Source: Cercozoa sp. M6MM
Lineage: Eukaryota > Protista > Endomyxa: Ascetosporea
NCBI GenBank assembly: GCA_040357565.1
Contig: JBDODJ010000002.1
Length of the DNA stretch: 64,000 nt
Reading direction: 5' to 3' (one strand)
Of the stretch, positions 51,014-61,389 are shown piece by piece. Every line of letters begins with the position of its first letter. Position 1 is the stretch's first letter. The translations under genes were made by a program, and so were the position numbers. The notes under the pieces are model-generated. The model was not told the origin of the DNA. It worked only from the letters and a program-made list of their open reading frames with translations, and searched no databases.

Positions 51014-52644
51014 CTAAGCTAGCCCTGCTTTTTGTATCGCCTCCTGCATAACAATGCGTTGCACATCCCTGAGCACGTGATGCATGTTTCGAGTATCGAT
51101 CGCAGTCACCACGTGACAGAAAAGGTGGCGTCTTCGACTCGGGTTCCACTGTGACTTGTACAGATGCCGAATGCTACAGTACAGCCAAGATCCACAGTCT
51201 CGGCACATATATATGAAATTATAGAGCCATATTACAATCGAAGCACGTCCTCAGGATTTCTTGGATTCCCGTATCCCTCAAAATCTGGGAAAAACCGCGT
51301 TATGGGAGGTCCCTTTTCCACGGTGGTCGCGAACAAATCGGCTTTATTCAGAAACTGTCGCATGGCAAAAGTATACTTAATAAAACGTGCGCATTCAGAC
51401 GAACTTTACCAAAATGAAGTTGGTTTTGCGCAAGAATTTGTTTCGAACCGTATGGTAAAAGAGAGAAAGAGAGTCTTCCAACCTAATAAATAAAGTAACA
51501 ATTGTTTTCCAAGTAATTAAGGAACGATGCTGTAAACTTATCTACACTAGTTCGTGCCCACTCAAAAACATGTACACCATACAGTAAGCTTACCTGTTGA
51601 CATTGTCTTCAAACATAAGCTGACAGTAGTCAGTTAACGCAGCCACGAAAAGGATTGCGTCCATCGATTCAAAGCAGTGGATCCACTTTTTCCGCTACAG
51701 AAACAATGTCTGTCATGGCACGACAGGGGGTTTTATGCAAGTGCTCGTTTGTTTGTACCTCCGTTCTTTGTCCTCCCACATCGACCAATTTGAATTTTAC
51801 AGCATCTATCACAAACTCAACTTCGTTGATTCCTGTTGTTCTGGCACCTGAAGAAGTTTAAGTTCAACCAAAGTGAGAACTTTATGAGATACAGTAAACG
51901 TACGCATGTGCAAAAGATCTTCAAAGGAAGGGCAGTAGTCTTCTTGTGAAATTCGATCGATATGTTCCACGAAGTACTACGTCGAACATAAATGGAAGCA
52001 TAGTTCCCAAATCACGCATACCTGATTGAATTTGGGGAGTTGGTTATGCAGTACCTCTAAAACTGCCAGTGGCTCTTCCAATAAATGGTATTGCGCCCAA
52101 GTGGCCTGAACCTTTGGATCCTTCCACCCCTTTTTTATGGTTTGGACGTCTTGTTTGAGCATCGGCGGCAATGAGTATCGTTCCAAACCTCGCAGAACAT
52201 CCAAATCCACTTCTTTCTTCTCGGCGAGTTCGATCATCTTTTTGAACCCATCGTATATGTTCTAAAGCACAAAAAGCAAGTGCCAGTGGCCGGGGGGGGG
52301 GTAGGGAGTTTAAGTACAGAATATATGATTCCTGTGTATCTCGCTCGATCCTCGACCGAGTAGCCGGCTCCGTACAGCTCTATGCATTGCCTGACTAGAG
52401 TTGACTTTCCTGGTGAGCGGACAAACGCACCATCCTTACCTGTTACAATTAATTAAATACCAAAAGAAGTTGTACCTGAGGCACCTGCACCCAACACCAA
52501 CAATTTCTTCACCAGTGTCTCTTTGGCACAATCCTTGTTGATTTTCTGCCCATCTCAATAAGAACCAGTTTTTTGTCGTGAAACTTTTTTTACAATTTGA
52601 ATTCGGTAGCTTCTTTTGGACTCCTTGGAGGCAAACAGACCCAT
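51014..52644 (-). CDS. Heterotrimeric G-protein alpha subunit
   Basis: MGLFAS myristoylation motif; KLLVLGAGASG|KST (G1), R|ARTTG (G2), DVGGQRTE|RKKWIHCF (G3), FIL|FLNKADL (G4), VTAIDT (G5). Confidence 0.95.
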
Positions 52645-53172
52645 TCTTGTGCCTTTAAACACAAACAATCACACCCCATACCAGTCCGCTAAAGTAAAGG
52701 AAACCTAGTCAGCCACGACAACAGTCAGTTTTTCGTAACCACGCGGAAAAACGGCAGCTTTAAACTTAGTGCTTGCCTGACCCGACTTGGCTTTTTCCGC
52801 TTGCAGTTTTTATTCGCGACGCGTCTTCAACTCTTCGCAGTTTCGTCACTCTCCGAGCTTCGCACATTCGTTTGACTTTCATTGCACAGTCAACCAAAAG
52901 GAGCGTTCATTGATGAGGTTTCAGGTACAGTAAATCAACGCATTCGCCAGGAGCTTGCATACGCTCTGGTTTTCCCTAGTTCTTTGATTCTAAGCGCTGT
53001 TTTGGATGGATGGTTTATCGATAACCTGGGAGAACTCCGGGTTACTTGAACACATTCCGGCTCTGTAGTTTTCATAAGCGATTTCGTCAGAGTCTATCGC
53101 GATACGTGCGGTCAAGTCAGTTCTAGCGGCAGCAGTCAATTAGTCTCAAAGCCGTTTCAGTTACCCGAAAAG

Positions 53173-54991
53173 ATGCAGAACGGCAAGAGCGCGTTCCTTT
53201 CAGTGACTGGTGCCTCGCACGAGCACTCTTCTTCGCATGAAGATCCCTCGGCAATGTCGCATACGCGTAGTTTTCTTGTTTTCTGGCATCATGCAGATAT
53301 GTGGATACAATGATATCCCCGATTCAGACGGTTCTCACACTGAGAGTCGCCCTTCGCTGTACCGACAGAAAAGGTACCCATCCTTTACTCTGTAATCTAC
53401 GGTGACTTTCTAATAAACTTACATGTGCGGTGTTCCATCCACAGGCAAGAAAAACGCCGTCGCAGGCAGCAGCAGCAGGAACACAACCGCGTGTTGTTGA
53501 ATCATGCACTACTCGAACTGAACAAGACTCTGCGCGAACTGCGCGATATCAGCTTCGTGCCCGATGATGTCATCATTGAAGCTGCGGTGTGTTCTGCATT
53601 TGGAACATCTGTGATCGCGAATGTGCTCTTGTATTTCGGGTCTTCCAGCTTGCGGGTGGAGAAAATGTAACGGAGCAAACGCTAGGTTCGAGCAGTTCGC
53701 CTCGCTTACCGACGGGTAAATTTATCTTTACCACAACGTATCTCACTGTCCAGGTACCAGAATGTAAACCTGTCGCAGGCGCAGACGGTGCAGTTCGTAT
53801 CGCAACGCGTCTGCTTCGTCGACACCCTCCTCGCATGACAACCCTTCTTCGCGATCGTGCGGAACTCGTTTCCACGGTGAGCGCTCACAATATCGTTGCC
53901 AGTTGGGATCTAGCGGATACTGGAAATGTAGACCTGGGGTCTCGTGCACTGCACGCAACAGCTCCAGAACCAATTGAAAAGGGTAGCAGTCCGGGGCAAC
54001 CCAGAACTGGCTTGTACGTTGGGAAAAGTGCTCGGTGACCTCCACGGCAACAAGACCGCTGCCATGACAAGCGAGCACGCTAAGACAAACCTAGCCATGG
54101 TGTCGACAGCTACGCTACTGCTTAACTCAGAGAAGGTAATCAATGACGTGAGCAACACACTGATCCGAGTTGAACAGACGGCAAGCATCGGGTGCATGCC
54201 ATCGCCGCGAGGTGTCCTGCAGCGTATCGGACTCGAGCCACCCTCGATGGGTCTCCACTCGCCTCGCATCTCGGCACGTTGGGCCGCTTCCGCTGCTGCT
54301 CAGAGGTTCCACCGTGATGTGTATTTTTACATGTACCAGTGTACTCAAATGCCTTGTTTGTGCGCGACACCAGACAACGCCAGTTGCAAATGCAGCGCGT
54401 GCACAGCCCAGTGGCTTCGACTATGCCTTCCAACAATCGTGAGCTCCTTGATGAAACGAACAGCGGTGGTGTGATGAATGAAGCCGACGGAATTAAAAGC
54501 AAAGTTTCAACCTCAAGCTCGCAGAACTGCACTACCCTGCCTCAGCTGCCTCAGAATGCAATTTCCAGCTCCAACAACATCCCTGGCATGATTCCGATGC
54601 CGTTATCGATGCAGATGCCGAACGCGCCAACGATGGGCGCGCCGATATCGATGCCAGTGATGACAGCTCAGGGCACGCAACTGTCCCTGCCCTTCCACAT
54701 GCCCATGCCTCCGAGTATGACGACGGCGAGTATGTCATTGCCGACACCAGCCACCGAGGCACCGCCACTGTCGCTGATGGATTCCATACAAGACGCTCCG
54801 AGCACTTTCGTATGCTTGTCTAGATCTCCGCTGTCGTCCCCCAGGTCAACTGCTGTGAACAAAAAGTGTTTGAGCAGGAAGCTTCAAAGAACAATGACGA
54901 CTCGACGGTTCTGCAGGCGGGTCTCATGAGTCCGCCTCTTGGGGCGCCCATCGAACACGATCCCTACTTCATGGAAGACGGTGAGTGGTGA
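53173..54991 (+). CDS. Hypothetical multi-exon protein with Met/Pro-rich low-complexity C-terminal region
   Basis: GT-AG-bounded exons (e.g. NHALLELNKTLRELRD; IPGMIPMPLSMQMPNAPTMGAP), ending PYFMEDGEW*; start uncertain. Confidence 0.45.
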
Positions 54992-55339
54992 CCGTACGAG
55001 ATTTTACCGGAGCTGGAGTAAAATTACACTGGCACGTACATGTATTTACACGGTGACACGCGTATGGCCGGTGGCATCCAGTGTAATTTAATTAAATAAT
55101 TTAACTGTCCTGCGCGGAAAACGACATTGTAACAAGGTGACATTGGCCGTTTTTATCGTGCAAACAAAAAGAATTGTTGCTATGCTCTCCTACGGTATCA
55201 TCATCTCTAAGCGTGCGTACCCGCGTGTGAAGTGATTCTCCGACAGTGCTGAATGGAGGCTTGGCATTGGTACTCGCCCAGTTTGGTTGTTTTGTTGACA
55301 AATTTCTCTGTGGACCCGTAGACAGCGTCATCACGAAAT

Positions 55340-56760
55340 ATGGAGACCCGGGTGCTGCTGGCACCGGCCACTCTAGCGGTTGCCTTCGTTGGCTCAATCT
55401 ACTGTGCATTGCCTCCTTGCTTCAAGTACACCGAGTGGCGTGCACTATTTGTTTCCACTTGCTGCAGTAACCAAACTGGGCCGCTCGGTCAACCGTGACC
55501 ACCCAGCCGTTATCAGGCGTCGCTTGCTTGGCTGCACATGTGTCGCACTGCTTTCACCTATCGTCTTGTTCCTCGTTGCTGGAGGTATGGCCACGCGGGG
55601 GGCGGTTGGTCAAAGGTGCAGAGAAAAGTATCTTGTGAACACCGAAGTAGAGTACGACCCGCTGCGAGCGTTCGGTCTCACCAAGGACACTTGGCAGCAA
55701 CAACCGTTGTGGCTTCCCACTTGTCTCGTATTCGCTCTGTTTCTGGGTAACTTTAAACACATCCGTTGGCGTGCTTACGACTGCGTTGGCGTTTTGTTGG
55801 TGTGCAGGACCTCTGACAGAGTTTCTACTGTCGCTGACTGTGCCAACAACGCCGATGACTCTGTCCGCTGCCTCTTTGTCTGGCAAGCTGAGGCATGAGG
55901 TGAAAACTTGCGAAGTCGTTGCACTAGGCACTTCGTTTGTTTTCGATCGTGCACTGTTTTTTTTTTTGACAGGTAGATTTCTGGGATCTTCTGCGCTGGA
56001 AATTTCGTCAACAGGTGCTCCTGAACTGTTCCTGATTGACCGCACACTTGCATTTCGTCCCGTTAATCAGGCACATGACCTGCGCCAAACACCGTGGATC
56101 ACTGCTCGAAATTACTTGCTGGGACCGCTTTTGGAAGAAGTAGTGTTTCGACCACCCGCCGCGCTCATCCTGGCACACACCGGATCGCTCGCGACTGCCT
56201 TGCTTGGTATTTTCGTGCCTTCGCTGCGCTTGAACTGATTCTCTTGATGTGCTGTAGTGCCACCCTTCTTGTTCGGTCTTGCGCACACGCATCATGCGTT
56301 GATGCTGCTGCGGCATGGTTACTCCGTGCTGCAAGTGATGGTTGCTGCCCTAATGCAGGTACTATCACTCTCCGTGTCTTTGACCTGTATGAATGAATCA
56401 CCGGCCGTCTGAAATCACTTTGAAACTCTTTTCCAGGTGGCCTACACAACAGCATTTGGCGTGTTCGCGTCCTACGTCTACCTGTGCACGGGTTCGCTAG
56501 CTGGCGCTGTTCTGGCCCATGGAGGTATCCTGCACTCAGAGTATGGATACTCTGATAGCACATTTTAATGTGCAGTCTGCAACTACTTTGGCGTGCCTGC
56601 CATGTCCTTCTTGCAAACTACGTCGCCGTTGCGACATCTGCGGCGCCACATCTGGACTGCCTTTGGCGCAGGCATCGCTTTGTTTGCGCTCGGAGTGGCA
56701 CTGCTACTTCGCCCCGCACGTTTCCAGCGCACCTCCCTCATTTCGCAGCCGCTTGTTTAG
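55340..56760 (+). CDS. RCE1: CAAX prenyl protease 2 (RCE1)
   Basis: FVGSIY, NRDHPAVIRRRL, RNYLLGPLLEEVVFR (EExxxR), LFGLAHTHH (FxxxH), YTTAFG...TGSL..AVLAH|CNYFGVP (HxxxN). Confidence 0.92.
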
Positions 56761-57140
56761 TTCCTGATTTGAGTAAACCAAACGATCAGCACAGCTTTAC
56801 AATGCATGGGCATAACACAGAACAACTTCTTCTGTCATCATCATTTCTTCGTAAGCTCTGGCTCACGTTGAGCCGCAATCTTGGAAAAAATAACAATGAC
56901 CAGCAGCCAGCCAGAAGTGCTCGAATTTTACAAGCTGTGACATTGTTAGACAGAGCGTCGGATTCTACAGGGTACTTTCACATATCGACACTGCCTTTGA
57001 AATCTCAGTGATCGCGGTGAGAATTTTTTTCCAAATTGCAAGCCGCGTTCCTCGGCGTTTCTTACAGTTGTTGCGGTTTTCCCACCGTTTTGCTTGTGTT
57101 TGCGAATTGATATGCTTGGTCTGTGTAGGCAGAGGAGCCA

Positions 57141-60100
57141 ATGCGTGTCGTGGCACTTTGTCAGGTGCGGCAGTCAGTTGAGCTGTGCTTTTCTCATTTC
57201 TTGGCACGGATTTGCAATTGGACAGGACACGCGCGGTGGCCCGGCACAGCGAGTGCCGCTTGAGGTGCCTCCAGAGTGCACAGTGTCGTTTCTGAAGCGA
57301 TGTGCGTCGTTCCTGTGCCCATCCGCGCGGTACCTTTATCTGTGTGACCGAGTGTTTTAGCCAACCGGCTTACCTTCCTTTACCTTTCTTTACCTTTCTT
57401 TACTTCCTTCAACGCCTCCTCTCCCTCCCTCAACTCCCTTTCTCTTGCTCTTAGACAAGACGAAGAGCACTTGAAATTCAAGCCGCGTTTCGCTTTGTTC
57501 GGCGGGCGCTCGTTGCGCGACGAAGCTACGCTCGGCTCACTCGGACTCTCCAAGAACTGTGCTGTGGTAGTTTTTCAGGCGTTTGTCCCCCTCCGCTTTC
57601 CCTTCCCTTTCCCTATTCGCTTCCCTTCTCTTTACTTCCTTTTTCTTGTTTCTCTGTGCAGTCAATGCCCGGCACTTTTGTCGAAAGCAACGACGATTTC
57701 AGCGACATTGCGCATGCACGCAACATTGGCTTCTGTCACGTGTGTCCGCGCGGACAGGTAGAAAAATTTGATAGTCGAGAATATGAAGAGCGAAACGCCC
57801 AAACCAATAAACACACGTCTCGCAGGTGAATGAGCCGATCGACGCGGTCCTGGTTGAACCGGAACATACACCGCAGGACGAGGTGCTTTTGGTGCGGCTC
57901 GAGTCGGCGCAGCAGCTGCTCGACGGCGCCGTTGATGCCTACGTTACCTTCCGTGTCGAAGACACTTCCATCGTAGTGTTCCTTAAGCCTTAAAATTCAT
58001 ATTCCCTCCGTTGCACTTTCTCCCCGGCTGCAGCATTGGAAATCGCCGACGGCGCGGCGGGCGCAGTCGAGTGCCACGTGGAGCGACACGGTTTTCCTGG
58101 CGCACGTGATGTCGGAGCAGGGTAGCCTCCCGTTACGTTTTGCCTCCCTGTCATCCATCGACCTTTACTCCGATTTTCTGCTGTATAAGCAGAGGTGACA
58201 CTGCGTGTGGAGTGTTTCGACTCGCGCATGCTGCAATCGGACCGTCCACTGGGACACGCACGTGTCACACTTTCCAGTAACAGTGTGACTCGGGACGGCC
58301 GACGACTGCATTTCTCCCTGCCTCTGAACGACGCGCGCTGCAGTGACGCGCGCGTTATCTTCACTGTACCGCCCCTGTTGTACCTCTGTTACTCTGTTAC
58401 CCCCCGTTTGGTAGGTGCAACGCGCGCCAGTGCTCAACAAGGGCGTACGTGACGTGCTGGTGGCGCTGTCTTCCCGAACGGGTACTGTTGTCACCATGTT
58501 ACCTCATCCTGTTACCTCTCGCCCCGTAGGCCCGTTGAAGAAGGACACACTAAAACGGCGCGGGGTGACGCTCGGCGACTTTTGCAACGAGGCACGCGAT
58601 TTTAACTCGACGCAGACGGCGCTGTCGCTGCTGCAGTTGGACCGACTGTACCCCTAAACTTTTGCGCTAATTTGGGATCGTATTTCACTTGCGGTTAGCT
58701 GTGCATTGATTTTGTGCACGTGCGCAGGGAACCAGCTTCTCACGAGTGCGTGTCGCGCGTGCTGCGGGCGCAGGGTGTGCTGCACAACACGGCACCCTTG
58801 AGTCGCACGCTGCTGCTGGACAGTGCGATCGATGAGGATATGCTGCAGCACAACCTAGTGACGGTGCAAACACGTGATCAATCCGTCTCGTTAGTCACAT
58901 GTCTCACCGTATTGGATGCCGTGAAGCTGACGGTGCGACTCGCTCCGTCACTCGCCTTTGCGTTGCCCTATGATTGCGACACCCATGCCGATCTGCTGTA
59001 TGCCCCCATTTACTCCGTTTCATCTTCCTTATGCTGGCCCGCCCTATCTTGTGTCATCCTCTCTTTGTAACAGAGAGGTCGACGAGAGCACGTGCGTGAC
59101 ACCCAAGGTCGCTGGGCGACTGCGCGCACTTGTCGCGCGTTTCGTATTCTGCTCTCAATTTCTCTTAGATCGGTATTTGACATCCATACGGACAGAACGA
59201 AAGCGAGGAAACGACGACGCGAGCCTGCGCAAGTTGTCGGAGAACCCCGCGATTGTCAGATTTTGTGCTCACGTATGTGTTTCACCACCTTCAGCGTGTT
59301 TTCCCCTGTATCGTTGTTCCTTACACAGGAACAACTGCTGCCGAGAGTGCTACACGCAACAGGCATTCGCGAATCCGCAGGGCGTCCGCTCGGAGGTGGC
59401 CCTCGCGGTGCTGCACCCTCGCGAACGGGTGACGTTCTGCGAGGCGGCGGCGTCCGCGCAGGCGGAGACGCAGTGCGTGCGGTGTCCGCAGTGCCAATGT
59501 GCCTATTTTGCCGACCATGACGCTGCTGAGGTACTCGCTGACTTCCCCGCTTTAGCCGTGTAGGTTTCCAATTATCCTCCTTGTTGCAGATGCAGTGCGT
59601 GGCCGTCGATTGTGAGGCGACTTTTTGCGCGCAGTGTCTGGCGATGCCTTTCCACACTGGTACTCCTTTGCCCCACTATGCTTGTTTGACCTATTTTACC
59701 CCGCACCCTCCATGCAGGTGACACGTGCGAGCGTGCGACGGAACTGCGCAATGCGCGCAAGTAGTTTCTCCCTCTGTATCTACCTCAGTTCTACTTTACA
59801 CCCCCTCCCCGGTGTGACAGGTGCCGTTTCTGCAACGAGCCAGTGCTGCGTGAAAATGCATCGTCAGTGGGTGGTACATTTAGACAATATGGTGTCTGTG
59901 TTTGAACGATCTGATGAGTGACACGTGCGCAGACGTGTGCGCCGAGTGCGAGGACATCCTGCCTTTTGTGAGTGAGGTCGCGTGTCCTTCCTGCGGACAC
60001 CAGGGCCACTGCGCGCAGAGGGTTTGTCCCCTCACACCTTTTCCTACCCTCAATCCTCGATACCGCCATTGTTCCGTCCCAGGTGGTGACGAAAGAAGAC

Positions 60101-61314
60101 GCGCTGCACAAGGAGTGTAGACACCTGCCGGGTGACATTCTGCGCGACGACTCGGTTCCATGCCTCTCGTGCGAGGGTACCCTTTTTATTCTTTTCCCCC
60201 ATGTTGCCAACCCATGTCGCATGTAGATATGGGCGACTGCGTTGTCTGTGGCGATGAGCTGCGACTGCAGCCGTGTGTGCGGCTTGTGTCGGTAGACTTT
60301 CTATCCCTTTATAGTCACTTCCTTTGTTATGTTGCGCTGCTTCCAGGACGAGGGTAACTGCGGCCACATTGTGCACATTCGCTGCATTCGTCAGCGGCTC
60401 ACCAACGGATGGCCAGGTACCTCTCTTACCACTTTATCTCCCTGTTGCCCGTTACTTCTTTCCCCGTGCAGGTGCCCGTGTGACGTTCGGATTCGCGTCG
60501 TGTCCGCACTGTCGTTTGCCTCTGTCGCTTCAGTGTACGCACACTTGGCCAAACTGAACCCAACTGTACACACGCACACAGCATCCTTAACGATAAAATC
60601 TGTAGCCGGCAACGGAACCTTGTCGGATTTGCTGCGACCGATCTTTGACTTGAAGAACTCTGTCACCGAACGGTTTCGTTTTTTCTTGTTTGTTTGTTTA
60701 ACTTTCTCTGTGTTTCCGACTTTCTTGCTGTTTCCTTGTTTTCTTAAACGTGATTTTGTTGTTTAGTTTGTTGTTTGGTTATGTTGTACTTGTTGATGTT
60801 TTGCTGTGTTGGTATTCGCTGCTAACTGTGTGCTGTGTGCAGGAGCATCGCGCGTTGGCACGAAGACAACAAGGACAAAAAGAAGGCAGAGCGCGTTCGC
60901 GCGGACGAGGACAACAGCGACGGCGCCGACAGCAACGACGACCGTGGCGACGATGATGACAAAAGACCTCTGTCGGACCGCGAAATCAAAGAACTCGCAC
61001 TCGCCTCCTACGCATATTTCCAGTACGATGATTCTTGTTGTTTTGTTTTTTCTACCAAAAAATACGGAGTTTAAGTGCGTGAAATTCGAAAAAATAAACC
61101 TGTCTATGTGTGTGGCAGGTGCTACGAGTGCCATGAAGCGTATTTCGCCGGTGATGTGGAATGCGGACCTGCCGAGGAGGAGGGTACACTGTGCTTTAAA
61201 CTGAATCCTACCCTGATTAAACCTGCTTTTTGTTTGTTTTCGTTGTGGTGCATCTTGCTGCGTGTGTGTTGTATTGGGTGCTTTCGCGTTTGTTTTTAGT
61301 TTAGTCTGCTGTTG

Positions 61315-61389
<75 letters not shown>

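Noticed and set aside
29834-52644. Functional cluster of endosomal/signalling genes (FGD-like, DENND4-like, VPS26C, G-alpha)
   Set aside because: Interspersed with unrelated genes in mixed orientation; such genes are common, so chance proximity is sufficient without synteny data.
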